This document shows, in pieces, positions 41,292-51,546 of a stretch of 64,000 nucleotides of DNA. A program made the translations under genes and the position numbers. Location: contig CP051526.1 in assembly GCA_050916045.1 (NCBI GenBank), positions 1,312,001-1,376,000 of the forward strand. The letters run 5' to 3'. The first letter of the stretch is position 1; each line of letters opens with the position of its first letter. Below the pieces are notes generated by a model. The model did not search any database and was not told where the DNA came from. It saw only the letters and a program-made list of their open reading frames with translations. This DNA is from Tepidisphaera sp. (GTDB lineage Bacteria > Planctomycetota > Phycisphaerae > Phycisphaerales > UBA1924).

Positions 41292-41328
41292 CAACCCCCG
41301 GTCCAAAAGGCCGGGGGTTGTCGTTTTT
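41292..41328 (+). terminator. Rho-independent terminator
   Basis: CAACCCCCGG..CCGGGGGTTG followed by TCGTTTTT. Confidence 0.75.
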
Positions 41329-41335
41329 GCCCCCC

Positions 41336-41827
41336 CACCCACGAGCCCGCAGCGCCAGCAAGGGTCTTCGCAAAGATCGCCTACCCGCACCCACCGCCCC
41401 CGCCGCAAACCCACCCCCCCCCCACGAGCCCGCCGCGCCAGCAAGGGTCTTCGCAAGGATCGCCCCCCCCCGCACCCACTGCCCCCGCCGCAAACCCACC
41501 CCCCGCCCACGAGCCCGCAGCGCCAGTAAGGGTCTTCGCAAAGATCGCCCCCCCCGCACCCCCCGCCCCCGCCGCAAACCCGCCCCCCACCCACGAGCCC
41601 GCAGCGCCAGCAAGGGTCTTCGAAGGGGACGTCCACCCGCACCCACCACCCCCGCAGCAAACCCACCCCCACCCACGAGCCCGCCGCGCCAGCAAGGGGC
41701 TTCGCAAAGATCGCCCCCCCCGCACCCACCGCCCCCGCCGCAAACCCACCCCCCGCCCACGACCCCGCAGCGCCAGCAAGGGTCCTCGCAAAGGTCGCAC
41801 ACCCCACCCCGACCGCCCCCGCCGCAC
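41336..41827 (+). repeat. REP-like tandem array, 6 units of 82-85 bp (family 1)
   Basis: ACGAGCCCGCAGCGCCAGCAAGGGTCTTCGCA at 41341, 41424, 41509, 41593, 41675, 41759. Confidence 0.95.
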
Positions 41828-41897
41828 AGGAGTCGGATGCGTCCGCCGACACCTGCCGCCTCTTCCCGCAAAGCCCCCTTCTCAATATCCTAAACGC

Positions 41898-42365
41898 ATG
41901 TCGAACTCGCTGGGTTACCTTCTGACGTGGACGTGCTACGGCACGTGGCTTCACGGAGACGCGAGGAACTCCGTCGACGCGGATCACAATCGGGTTCACA
42001 CGCCGTTTGTGATGCCTGATGCCGATCGTTTCGACCGTTCGGCGGCATCGCTGAAGCATCCGGTGGTGACGCTCACCTCCGAAACTCGCCAACTCTGCGA
42101 GACGGTGATCCGCAAGCACTGCGAGATTCGCGGCTGGCGGCTCCACGCGGTGAACGTTCGATCGAATCATGTGCATGTCGTCGTGACCTCGGACCTCGTT
42201 CCCGAGAGCACCATGGACCAGTTCAAAGCGTGGTGCACGCGAAAGCTCCGAGAGGACCGACACTTTTCGCCGAGACAGCCGATCTGGACGGAGCACGGAA
42301 GCACCCGATGGCTGAACACCGCCGAGAGTCTGGAGCGGGCCGTCCGGTACGTCACCGACCAGTGA
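41898..42365 (+). mobile_element. IS200-like Y1 (HUH) transposase / REP-associated tyrosine transposase
   Basis: LTWTCYGTWLHGD, HUH motif NHVHVVV, FKAW, IWTEHG, catalytic Tyr in AVRYV; 155 aa; flanked by repeats. Confidence 0.9.
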
Positions 42366-42444
42366 TCGACGTATGCGGGTTCGGAGGAGGCGATCACACG
42401 GCACCCGGACGTCCGGTGGCGGGGGTGCCAGAATCGGGTCGTGC

Positions 42445-42712
42445 GACCCCCGCGAGGACCCTTGCTGGCGCTGCGTGGGTTGGCAAGGGCGGTTGGGCGT
42501 GTGAGGGGGATCCCTGCGAAGACCCTTTGCTGGCGCTGCGGGCTCGTTGGGCCTCGCGTACGGCGGGGGTGGTTGGGGTGGGATGGGGGATCCCTGCGAG
42601 GACCCTTGCTGGCGCTGCGGGCTCGTTTGGTGCGTTGGTCCTCGGTGAGGCGGGGGCGATCGGCGAGGGTGGGCGACCCCTGCGAAGACCCTTGCTGGCG
42701 CTGCGGGCTCGT
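42445..42712 (-). repeat. Inverted REP-like array, 4 units with dissimilar spacers (family 1)
   Basis: GACCCTTGCTGGCGCTGCGGGCTCGT (reverse complement of left unit) at 42457, 42521, 42601, 42687. Confidence 0.9.
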
Positions 42713-42722
42713 CAGTGCCACG

Positions 42723-42748
42723 AAAAAACCCCGCTTTCGCGGGGTTTT
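42723..42748. terminator. Bidirectional terminator
   Basis: AAAAAACCCCGC-TTTC-GCGGGGTTTT. Confidence 0.8.
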
Positions 42749-42773
42749 CAATCGATTTACGCTGCCCTGTGGA

Positions 42774-45700
42774 CTACTTGTCCTTCTCCTCGATCCCCAT
42801 GCCCTTGCGGTACGTGGGGCTCGCGGGCCGCTTGGGCGGCACGTACGGGTTGGTCTTGATCGCGTTCATCATCTCTTCGATCGCGCGGTCAAGCTGCGGG
42901 TCGGCTCCGCCCACCATCTTCGACGGGTCATCCACCACCACGATGTCCGGGTCCGTGCCGTGGCCTTCCACGCCCCACGTTCCGTCCGTCTCGTAGAACC
43001 CGAACGTCGGCGCCGAGATCGACCCGCCGTCGATCATCTGCGCGTTCCCCGAGATCCCAACCAAGCCGCCCCACGTCCGCGTCCCGATCACCGGGCCGAG
43101 CTTGTTGTGCTTGAAGAGCCAGGGGAACATGTCCCCGCCCGACCCCGCAAGCCCGTTCACAAGCATCGCTTTGTGCCCGAAGAACGCGTCCGGCGGCCAC
43201 GGCCAGTCGTTCCCGTCGCGGCGAGCCCAGTAGTTCGTCGCCGGACGATTGAGAAGCTCGATGAACCGCGTCGGGATCTGCCCGCCGCCGTTCCACCGCT
43301 CATCGATGATGAGCGCATCCTTCCCGCGCTGGCCGAAGTACTGGCGGTACAGGTCGTTCTGGCCATCCACGCCCGTGTTGGGAACGTAGATGTACCCGAT
43401 CTTCCCGCCCGACTTCTCCTCGACGTACGCACGCTTGCCCTCGATCCAGGCGCGGTACCGAAGGTTGCTCTCGCTCCCGATCGCCTGCACGATCACCTCA
43501 CGCTCCTTGCCGTCCATCGTCGGCGAAGCGTTGAGCGTCAGGGCCACGATCTTGCCCTGCATCCCCAGGAACGAAGCGTAAATGTCCTTCGTCACATCCA
43601 CCGGGATGCCGTTGACCGCGAGGATGTAGTCCCCGACCTTGGCATCAACGCCCGGCTCGGACAACGGACCGCGAGCATCCGCATCCCACGGCCCGCCGCC
43701 GATGATCCGCGAGATCTTGTACGCCGGCGGCGTCACCGTCGTGTCAAGCGTGAAGTCCGCGCCGAGCATGCCCGCCTGGCCGCCCGAGGGCTGCTGCTCG
43801 ACATCGCCGGGCCCGTTGAGGTACGCGTGGCCGACGTTGAGCTCGGAGATCATCTCGGAGATGATCCAGTTCACATCCTCGCGGCTGGCGGCGTCCGCCA
43901 CCATCGCGCCGTAGTGCTTCTTCATCGCGGGCCAGTCCACGCCGTGCATCGTCGGCTCGTAGTACCAGTCGCGCATGATGCGCCACGCATCGGTGAAGAT
44001 CTGGTTCCATTCATCCCGCGGGTCGATCGTCATCGTCATCCCCGCGGTGGACACGGTCTGGGCTTTCCCGCCGCCCGCGGAGGCATCCACGATGCTGATG
44101 CTGCTGCCGCGGACGATGAGGATCTTCTTCCCGTCGGCCGTAAGCTGCCACCCGCCGCCGCCGGTGATCGACTCCTCCTTGGGCTCATCGGCCTTGTAGT
44201 CGTAGATCTTGAGGCCGCTCTCGCGGGCCCCGCCGCGCGAGGATGTCCGCGTGTAGACAAGCTTGTCGCCGTCCGCGACCGCCATCCAGCCGAAGGAACC
44301 CGGCGCGATGTCCAGGCGGATCGACCGGGCCTCGAGCCCGTCAAAGTCGATCTTGACCTCCTTCGCGTCATCCTTCTTCTCGTCCTTCTTCTCTTCCTTG
44401 GCGGCCGCGCCGCCCTTGTCGGCCGCTTTGGAACGCGTCGCGTTCCACTCGCCCGTCATCGGGTTGCCGCCGGGGCCAGCGCCCGACCAGGTCCCCTTCG
44501 CGTCCGCTCCGGAGATGGTCCCCTTCATCGAGATCTTGGCGCCGTTGACGTCGAACTCGAGCGAAAGCTCGCCCGTGTTCTTGTCGAACGTCCCGGAGAT
44601 CGATCCGCCGCCCATCACCGTCGAGATCGAGCCCGAGACCTTCTCGCCCTCCAAGCTCAGATTCAGCGTCAGCGGCAGCCCACCGGCAAGCTCGGGGATG
44701 TTCCCCTTCACCGTGCCGGTCCAGGTTCCCGAAACGCCATCGTCGGCCGCGGCCTTCGTCTCGGCGGGCTTGGCGTCCGCGGGCTTGGCGTCCGACGGCT
44801 TGGCCTCGTCCTTCTTGTCTTCCTTCTTGTCGTCCTTCTTCTCTTCCTTCTTCTTTTCGTCCTTCTTGTACCGCTCCTCGTCGTTGGACTCAAGCCCAGG
44901 GCTCTTGACGTCCTTGCGGAGCGGCGCCATCAGGATCACTTCGCTGTTGTTGTACGCGTACGTCGTGTCCAGGTCGGAATAGACCGGGTTGTCCACCGCC
45001 ATCTGCGACCGGTAGAAGAGGAAATCGCCCTTGCGATCAAACGCCGGCGAGCTCGCGTCGAACATCCCCGCCGTCACCCGGTGCTTCTCACCGGTCTTGA
45101 CATCCATGATCCAGATCACGCCGACGTTGGTCTTCTCATCGCCGCGACGGTACGCGATCCACTTGCTGTCCGAAGACCAGCTCACGCCGATCCCGCCCAT
45201 CCACGGATCCTTGTCGATCTCCTTGAGCTCGCTCCACACCCCGTCATCGTTCGCCGACGCGAGGTAAAGCCGGCCGTTCTGATCCGTGCACGCGATGTGC
45301 TTGCTGTCCGGCGACCACTGCGGATTCGTGCGGAACCCGGCGCCCAGGCTCGAGATCTTCTTTGGCTCGACCTTCGCGGGCTTGGCTTCGGGAGCGTCAT
45401 CCTTCGTGACCTCGTCCTTGGCTTCCGCTTTCTTGTCGTCCTTCTTCTCATCCTTCTTCTCTTCCGGCGGACGGGCGTCCGACGGCCGGAGGTAAAGCTC
45501 ATTCTCGCCCGATTCATCCGAGAAGTACGCGATCCACTTCCCGTCCGGGCTCCACGACGGATCACGCTCCGCCACGCCGTCCGTCCGCGTCAGCGCCCGG
45601 ATGTACCCTTCCTTGACCGGCGCGGTGAACAGGTCGCCGCGAGCCTCGATCACCACGCGCTTGGCCCCCGGCCCGATCGACGCGCCCGAGATGTACGACG

Positions 45701-46718
45701 AAGCATCAACCGTCCGCGTCCGAAGCTTCGGCCGCGCCCCGGGTACCGTCACCTTCACCTCGGCCGACTGCTTGGTCCCGAGGTTCAGAAGCATCAGCTT
45801 GGCACCAAGCTGGAAAACGATCTCGCCCTTCCCATCCCCGCCCGGGCCCACCGACGGCCACCGGACATCATCATCCTTGAACGTCGTCACCTGCGTCCGC
45901 GCCCCGCTCTTCACATCAAACGACCAGATGTTCAGCCGGTGCTCCGGACCGTTGTCCGACAGGTAGTACACCACCGACCCGTCCCCGCCCGGCACCCACA
46001 TCGGAAGCGTGTCCGTCCCCTCCCAGTCCGTGATCTGCCGTGCCGCGTTCGTCTTCAGGTTGTAAAGCCAGATGTCCGTCGCCATCCCGCCCCGGTACCG
46101 CTTCCACGTCCGCGTGTCCGTCGAGTGCGGCGTATACGCAAGCCACTCCCCGCTCGGCGAGATCGACCCAAACCCCGAATACGGCACCGGCAGCGCCGAA
46201 TACGCCCCGCCCTCGACAGGCACCGTGAACGCCTGCGTCTGACGACCCAAGCCCGCCAGACCGTTCGTCAGGAAGTGAAGCCCCTTCCCATCCGGCGTCC
46301 AGTCGCAAAGCAGCTCGCCTCCCGGGTGATACGTCACCCGGTTCGGAATCCCGCCCGCCACGCCGATCGTGTACAGGTCCCGCCCGCCGTCATAGTTCCC
46401 CACAAACGAGATCGTCGAACCGTCCGGGCTAAACCGCGGGAAGTTCTCCGCGCCCGGCGGGCTCGCAAGCGGGCTCGCCTGCCCGCCCGCTTTCGGCACC
46501 ACCCACAGGTCATTCGCATACGAAAACACGATGTGCGTCGCCGACACATCCGGCCAGCGAAGCATCGCCGCGTTCGGAGACACCTGCGCCGCCTGAGGCT
46601 GCGTCGGAGCCTCCGCCATCGCCGCAAGCGGCAGCCCGCAGCACGCCAGAAGCGCCAGCGGACGGAACGTCGATTTCTTCGCACCGACCGACCCAAAAGA
46701 CGAGGAGCGATGATTCAA
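42774..46718 (-). CDS. Tricorn protease homolog (S41 family: beta-propellers, PDZ, catalytic domain)
   Basis: LRWPD..IVFSYANDLW, WKRYRGG, ELNVGHAY, IGYIYVP, DERWNGGG, AGSGGD, GTRTWGG; exact start uncertain. Confidence 0.95.
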   Translation of the reverse strand: MNHRSSSFGSVGAKKSTFRPLALLACCGLPLAAMAEAPTQPQAAQVSPNAAMLRWPDVSATHIVFSYANDLWVVPKAGGQASPLASPPGAENFPRFSPDGSTISFVGNYDGGRDLYTIGVAGGIPNRVTYHPGGELLCDWTPDGKGLHFLTNGLAGLGRQTQAFTVPVEGGAYSALPVPYSGFGSISPSGEWLAYTPHSTDTRTWKRYRGGMATDIWLYNLKTNAARQITDWEGTDTLPMWVPGGDGSVVYYLSDNGPEHRLNIWSFDVKSGARTQVTTFKDDDVRWPSVGPGGDGKGEIVFQLGAKLMLLNLGTKQSAEVKVTVPGARPKLRTRTVDASSYISGASIGPGAKRVVIEARGDLFTAPVKEGYIRALTRTDGVAERDPSWSPDGKWIAYFSDESGENELYLRPSDARPPEEKKDEKKDDKKAEAKDEVTKDDAPEAKPAKVEPKKISSLGAGFRTNPQWSPDSKHIACTDQNGRLYLASANDDGVWSELKEIDKDPWMGGIGVSWSSDSKWIAYRRGDEKTNVGVIWIMDVKTGEKHRVTAGMFDASSPAFDRKGDFLFYRSQMAVDNPVYSDLDTTYAYNNSEVILMAPLRKDVKSPGLESNDEERYKKDEKKKEEKKDDKKEDKKDEAKPSDAKPADAKPAETKAAADDGVSGTWTGTVKGNIPELAGGLPLTLNLSLEGEKVSGSISTVMGGGSISGTFDKNTGELSLEFDVNGAKISMKGTISGADAKGTWSGAGPGGNPMTGEWNATRSKAADKGGAAAKEEKKDEKKDDAKEVKIDFDGLEARSIRLDIAPGSFGWMAVADGDKLVYTRTSSRGGARESGLKIYDYKADEPKEESITGGGGWQLTADGKKILIVRGSSISIVDASAGGGKAQTVSTAGMTMTIDPRDEWNQIFTDAWRIMRDWYYEPTMHGVDWPAMKKHYGAMVADAASREDVNWIISEMISELNVGHAYLNGPGDVEQQPSGGQAGMLGADFTLDTTVTPPAYKISRIIGGGPWDADARGPLSEPGVDAKVGDYILAVNGIPVDVTKDIYASFLGMQGKIVALTLNASPTMDGKEREVIVQAIGSESNLRYRAWIEGKRAYVEEKSGGKIGYIYVPNTGVDGQNDLYRQYFGQRGKDALIIDERWNGGGQIPTRFIELLNRPATNYWARRDGNDWPWPPDAFFGHKAMLVNGLAGSGGDMFPWLFKHNKLGPVIGTRTWGGLVGISGNAQMIDGGSISAPTFGFYETDGTWGVEGHGTDPDIVVVDDPSKMVGGADPQLDRAIEEMMNAIKTNPYVPPKRPASPTYRKGMGIEEKDK

Positions 46719-46933
46719 GTCTGATCTCCAAACCCGCCACCATCCCGTTCCGGACCCGTCGACCGAGCGTCCGTGCCCATCCGCCGGGGAACCAGCCCGG
46801 CCGGTTTGGGGGGAACAGTGGGGGGCTCAAGTGTACCGACCACCGCCCCGTTCGGTTTCCCCAAACGCTCACTTTGGCTCCCTTCGCCACCTCCCGCCGC
46901 GACCCCACCGCCCGCACCGCACCCTCCCGGAAC

Positions 46934-46965
46934 AAAAAAACGCCGCGACCCCTCGGCCGCGGCGT
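46934..46965 (-). terminator. Rho-independent terminator
   Basis: Minus strand ACGCCGCGGCC..GGTCGCGGCG followed by T7. Confidence 0.7.
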
Positions 46966-46991
46966 CCTGGCGTGACGCAAAAGGCCTGTTG

Positions 46992-48431
46992 TCAGAGGCT
47001 ACAGACGACTCCTTCGCCATCTGAGCATGGCAACCCCTCCTCGTACAGGAACACAAACAAGTCGTAGTCGAAGAAGTCTACAAACCCATCGGCGTTGAGA
47101 TCAGCCACGCAATCTCCGGCCTCGAAAACACCGATGAAGAAATCTAAGTCAAAGAAATCGACGAATCCGTCTCGTACGAAATCAATCATGAAATCGCACA
47201 TCAAAGACTCGGCCTCACCCTGCGTAATCGTGCCATCCTGGTCTACGTCTACGCTCGCGATGTAGTTGCACTCGTCGTCGGTACTCGATCCGATGCTGCG
47301 TGCAAGTAGCGCCAGATCTTTCGCGTCGATGACGCCGTCGGGAATGCTCCCGACACCCTCGTGTGTGCACTCGCCGACATCGAGCAAGCACTCGTTGGTC
47401 TCGCCAAGGCCTGCGACGTCGTTTCCTGATCCTCCTTGAAGCGTCACGTTGAACGTGACACGCCACTGGCCAGGAGTAACCTCGAACTCAATCACGACTT
47501 CTCCCGGATTATCAATAGGGTTGTTCTCATGAAAATTACTACAGTCGGCAACCGAGACCAGTAATGATCCGACGCTAGGGCAGACACAAGAAGATCCACC
47601 GGTCGCTGTTTCTTGAGTGCGATAAGTCACGATGGTGCCGCCGGCACCCGGTGAGCCGGGCACTGACCATTCGGTGCCGACAATTGTGAATTCTCGTTCG
47701 CAGATACATCCATCCGGTGACTGGATGGTGATCCGATGTCGAAGCCGGGCGACACGGGAGAGGCGAGGTGCGACGCAGTCGCTGTACACGCCTCCTGGCT
47801 GCGGGTTTCCACTGTACTGCATTCTACTCGAAAGACGCAGCGTGCGCGGGCCTTCGAACTCGTCAAATGTCCAGCATAGCGATCCCTTATTGCAGAAAAT
47901 GGCGGCGCTGTCCGCGATCATGAGTGCACCGTCACTGCAGTTGATGCTCACCTCCGTTCCCGCCAGTGCTCGATGAAACAAACTTCCAGATGAAGAGCTT
48001 CTAAAGTCTCCGACAACTCCCACTAACGATTGTCCAACTGGTGGAACTGTGCACTGTACTCTGCTTGAACATGGGAAAGAAGTGGCAAACATGTTGACGA
48101 TGGAATTGTTGGGATCCCCGCACGTGACACCCTCGTTCGCCAGAAAGGGGGGCGGATCGGTTGTCCCGGTTGGTGCGCATGTAGTCACGCCGTTAACGGT
48201 CGTGAGCATTCTCAGTCGCGCGTCCGCAGACAAGTTCGACAGAAATCCGCCAGAAACCAAGGGAGGAGATCCGCTCGGAAAACTGTAGTTGAAGTAGCCC
48301 GTGACTTCACCGCCGACTGCATTCTCTGAGTGCGGCTGGCCCAAACTCATGCTGGGTGCTTGGGCAAGAATGGTCAGCACAATTGGCGAAATAGCGCGGA
48401 GAACCGTGTGGGTGACATGGTGTGATCTCAT
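46992..48431 (-). CDS. Cys-rich secreted protein with dockerin-like repeats, atypical composition
   Basis: Signal-like MRSHH..SLGQ; DGVIDAKDL, DVDQDGTI, DFVRDGFVDFFD, ADLNADGFVDFFDYD; visibly AT-richer; start could be 48494. Confidence 0.8.
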   Translation of the reverse strand: MRSHHVTHTVLRAISPIVLTILAQAPSMSLGQPHSENAVGGEVTGYFNYSFPSGSPPLVSGGFLSNLSADARLRMLTTVNGVTTCAPTGTTDPPPFLANEGVTCGDPNNSIVNMFATSFPCSSRVQCTVPPVGQSLVGVVGDFRSSSSGSLFHRALAGTEVSINCSDGALMIADSAAIFCNKGSLCWTFDEFEGPRTLRLSSRMQYSGNPQPGGVYSDCVAPRLSRVARLRHRITIQSPDGCICEREFTIVGTEWSVPGSPGAGGTIVTYRTQETATGGSSCVCPSVGSLLVSVADCSNFHENNPIDNPGEVVIEFEVTPGQWRVTFNVTLQGGSGNDVAGLGETNECLLDVGECTHEGVGSIPDGVIDAKDLALLARSIGSSTDDECNYIASVDVDQDGTITQGEAESLMCDFMIDFVRDGFVDFFDLDFFIGVFEAGDCVADLNADGFVDFFDYDLFVFLYEEGLPCSDGEGVVCSL

Positions 48432-48496
48432 GTGCTTTCTCCATAAATATATGCCAGATGTCACTGTCGTGGGTGGAAACTCCATGACTGACATTA

Positions 48497-49411
48497 TTAA
48501 TTCGGAATCCGCAGATCGTCAAAGACCACCGTGTACGCTTCGTTCTTGAACGCCTCGGTCGTCCGTCCCGGAATGATCTTGATGTATCCCGCGTGTCCGT
48601 CCATGAACCCGAGGACGCTCCGGTTCGGATCCCCGTACCCGTTCTTGAGCACGTAGTTCGGATCGTTGTTGTAGATGATGATGTCCGCGTATTCGTCCCA
48701 GATCCACGCGAACCGTGACGTTACGAATGAGTCCGCCAGTTGTAGCCGTTTCGTACCCTTGTTGAAAAGTGCGGCGTTCGCCCCCATATTTGGATCAATC
48801 TGCTGGTACCACTTTACCTGCCACTGGTACGAGATCCCGATGCTGTCAAAGCACGTGCGGCCCGACGGGTTCGGACGCGGCCAGCTCTCCTGGTGGCCGA
48901 TCACGTCGCTCGGATCCTTGAACACCTTCAGCTTCAGGTTTGTCCGGTTCTCATCCTGCGCCGGCATGCGAGCGTTCGGATTCCCCGGTGTCGCCGGATC
49001 ATAGAACTTGATCTCAGGATAGACGTACTGATTCAGCGGGCGATCCACTGCAAGCACATCAAAGGCGCCTCCACTTACTCCATACCAAAACCCGCTCGCG
49101 TTACCGCCGGCGAAGCTCCACGTGCACCACCCGAACACGTTCTGATTCGGCGTGTTTGGATTCACCGGTCGAGTCCGTGAACGACCGTTGTGCGTGTAAG
49201 TCAACGTAATCGGCATGTAGGCCTTGTTGTCCGCTTGGTACATATTCGTCGAGTTGTTGATCGACTTCACGTTCGATGTGGAGATCGTGATCTGCGCCAC
49301 CTTCCGCGCCTTCCCAAGCGCCGGCAAAAGCAGCGAAATCAACAGCGCGATGATCGCAATCACCACCAGCAATTCAATCAATGTGAATCCGCGGCCCAAG
49401 ACCTTTTTCAT
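48497..49411 (-). CDS. Prepilin-type N-terminal cleavage/methylation protein (DUF1559-like)
   Basis: [35 protein letters not shown]. Confidence 0.9.
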   Translation of the reverse strand: MKKVLGRGFTLIELLVVIAIIALLISLLLPALGKARKVAQITISTSNVKSINNSTNMYQADNKAYMPITLTYTHNGRSRTRPVNPNTPNQNVFGWCTWSFAGGNASGFWYGVSGGAFDVLAVDRPLNQYVYPEIKFYDPATPGNPNARMPAQDENRTNLKLKVFKDPSDVIGHQESWPRPNPSGRTCFDSIGISYQWQVKWYQQIDPNMGANAALFNKGTKRLQLADSFVTSRFAWIWDEYADIIIYNNDPNYVLKNGYGDPNRSVLGFMDGHAGYIKIIPGRTTEAFKNEAYTVVFDDLRIPN

Positions 49412-49606
49412 CCGAGCACTCCTTTCAGCCGCTCGCAAACCGCAAGCGGACCCGACGAACCTCGTGGCGAACGGATCCGCGAACGGGACCCGAGAGACGG
49501 CCACGACGCGAGTCTACCAGACTCCCCTCCCCGCCGCACGCCCTTTTTTTGACCCCCTCGGCAGAACATCCCCTCACCCCCGCCCGCCCACGCAGTACCA
49601 TCCGCC

Positions 49607-51169
49607 ATGGGCCGCCTCCCCTTTGATCCAGGCAAGACCGCCGCCGCCCGCCGCGCCGCCGAGGAAGCCGCCTCCGCCCCGCCGCCCCGGGACGGGTCTC
49701 TTCTCGGTGCCCCGACTCCCCGAGCCGGCTCCTCCCCCGACAACGACGCCCGTCTCACCGTCTCCCAGCTCGCGGACCGCATCGAAAACGCCCTCAAATC
49801 CGGCTTCCCCTCGCGCGTCCGCGTCGTCGGCGAAATCTCCAACTTCACCGACCGCACCCACTGGTACTTCGACCTCAAGGACGCCGCCGCCGTCGTCAAC
49901 TGCGTCATGTTCGCCGCCCCCGCCCGCAAGGTCGCAAGCCTCGGCATCCGCCCCCAGCAGGGCATGCAGGTCGTCGTCGGCGGCCGCGTCGAGTACTACG
50001 CCAAAGGCGGCCGCATCAGCATCCTCGTCGATTCCTTGGAACCCGTCGGCGTCGGTGCCCTCGACCTGGCTTTCCGCCAGCTCTGCGATGAGCTCAAAGC
50101 CCTCGGCTACTTCGCGATCGAACGCAAACGCCCCCTCCCCTTCTTCCCCCGCCGCATCGCCGTCGTCACCAGCCGCACCGGAGCCGCCCTCCAGGACGTC
50201 CTCAACACCGTCCGCCGCCGCTGCCCCGCCGTCAGCGTCGTCCTCGCCGATGTCCGCGTCCAGGGCGACGGTGCCGCTTCCGAAGTCGCTTCCGCCATCC
50301 AGACCATCGGCCGCACCCACGCCGATCTCGCCATCGACGCCGTCCTCGTCACCCGCGGCGGCGGAAGCAAGGAAGACCTCTGGACCTTCAACGAACGCAT
50401 CGTCGCCGACGCCATCCTCCGCTGCCCCATCCCCGTCGTCGCCGCCATCGGCCACGAAACCGACACCACCATCGCCGAACTCGTCGCCGATGAGCGCTGC
50501 GCCACCCCCACGCAAGCCGCCATGCGACTTACGCCCGAAATCCCCGCACTCCTCCGGCAGACCGAAAGCGTCCACCGCCGCCTCTCAACCACCCTCGAAA
50601 TCCGCCTCCGCCGCGCCCGCGACCGCGTCGACGCCGCTTCCAAGCACCTCCCCTCCGGCGTCCGCCTGCTCACCGAGAAACTCGGCCGCCGCACCGCCAA
50701 CCTCTCCGCCCGACTCGACCGTGCCCAGCCCTCCGCCATCCGCGCACGCATGGCCGGCAAGCTCGGCTCCCTCTCCGCCCGCCTCGACGCCGCACTCCGC
50801 CGACGCCTCGCTTCCCTCGACCTCACCCCCGTCGAATCCCGCCTCGCCCGCGCGATGAACCGCTACCTCGAAACCCGCGCCGACCGCATCGACGCCCTCG
50901 ACCGCCAGCTCGAACTCGTCGGCCCGCAAAAAGTCCTCGAACGCGGCTACACCCTGACCACAGATGCCACAGGCCGCCTCGTCCGCTCCGTCACCGCCGT
51001 CACCACCGGCGACCAGCTCACCACCCGCTTCGCCGACGGAAAGGTCGACTCGACGGTGGGGGGACAGACGCCCCCGCGCCTCATCCTCCCCCGCAAGCCC
51101 GGCCGCACCCGCAGGCCCGGCGACCAGCCCCCCGTCGACCCCGACCAATTGGACCTCTTCCTCCGCTGA
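49607..51169 (+). CDS. xseA: Exodeoxyribonuclease VII large subunit
   Basis: VVGEISNF, HWYFDLKD, RIAVVTS.TGAA, RGGGSKEDLW, IGHETD, TPTQAA, VLERGY. Confidence 0.97.
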   Translation: MGRLPFDPGKTAAARRAAEEAASAPPPRDGSLLGAPTPRAGSSPDNDARLTVSQLADRIENALKSGFPSRVRVVGEISNFTDRTHWYFDLKDAAAVVNCVMFAAPARKVASLGIRPQQGMQVVVGGRVEYYAKGGRISILVDSLEPVGVGALDLAFRQLCDELKALGYFAIERKRPLPFFPRRIAVVTSRTGAALQDVLNTVRRRCPAVSVVLADVRVQGDGAASEVASAIQTIGRTHADLAIDAVLVTRGGGSKEDLWTFNERIVADAILRCPIPVVAAIGHETDTTIAELVADERCATPTQAAMRLTPEIPALLRQTESVHRRLSTTLEIRLRRARDRVDAASKHLPSGVRLLTEKLGRRTANLSARLDRAQPSAIRARMAGKLGSLSARLDAALRRRLASLDLTPVESRLARAMNRYLETRADRIDALDRQLELVGPQKVLERGYTLTTDATGRLVRSVTAVTTGDQLTTRFADGKVDSTVGGQTPPRLILPRKPGRTRRPGDQPPVDPDQLDLFLR

Positions 51170-51183
51170 CGGTACCGTCTCAC

Positions 51184-51462
51184 ATGCCCCCGACTCCCTC
51201 CCCTATCCCGCCCAAACCCGACGGCCTCACCTTCGAGCAAGCCATGGAGCAGCTCGAAGCCATCGTCGAACGCGTCGAAGGCGGCCAGGTCGGCCTCGAG
51301 CAAGCCCTCGCCGAATACGAACGCGGCGTCGGGCTCGTCAAACGCTGCCGCGAAGTCCTCCAGCGGGCCGAACTCAGGGTCGAGGAGCTCAACTCACTCA
51401 TCGCCCGAGAATCTCCCCCATCCTCAAGCCGAAACGCCGAAGAAAGCGAAGAGGAGCCGTAA
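51184..51462 (+). CDS. xseB: Exodeoxyribonuclease VII small subunit
   Basis: TFEQAMEQLEAIV..LEQALAEYERG..L.RAELRV; follows xseA. Confidence 0.95.
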   Translation: MPPTPSPIPPKPDGLTFEQAMEQLEAIVERVEGGQVGLEQALAEYERGVGLVKRCREVLQRAELRVEELNSLIARESPPSSSRNAEESEEEP

Positions 51463-51546
51463 GCCGCCGATCGCCGATAGTCCTCCTTTGATCCCCCCAA
51501 ATCCCTCCAGATTCCGGCACGGACCGCCGGAGCACCCAAGGACGAC

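Noticed and set aside
41227..42404. Gly/Cys-rich repeat proteins predicted over the REP array
   Set aside because: Simply translations of the DNA repeat in several frames; no start signals
41336..42712. CRISPR array
   Set aside because: No cas genes; left linkers are near-copies of each other; unit lengths vary; the arrays are inverted around a Y1 transposase, which fits REP-type repeats
42441..46724. 1427-aa + strand ORF and similar long antisense ORFs (e.g. 28775..30943, 33337..35208, 60911..62689)
   Set aside because: Shadow frames of real genes in high-GC DNA; Arg/Pro/His-rich with no motifs
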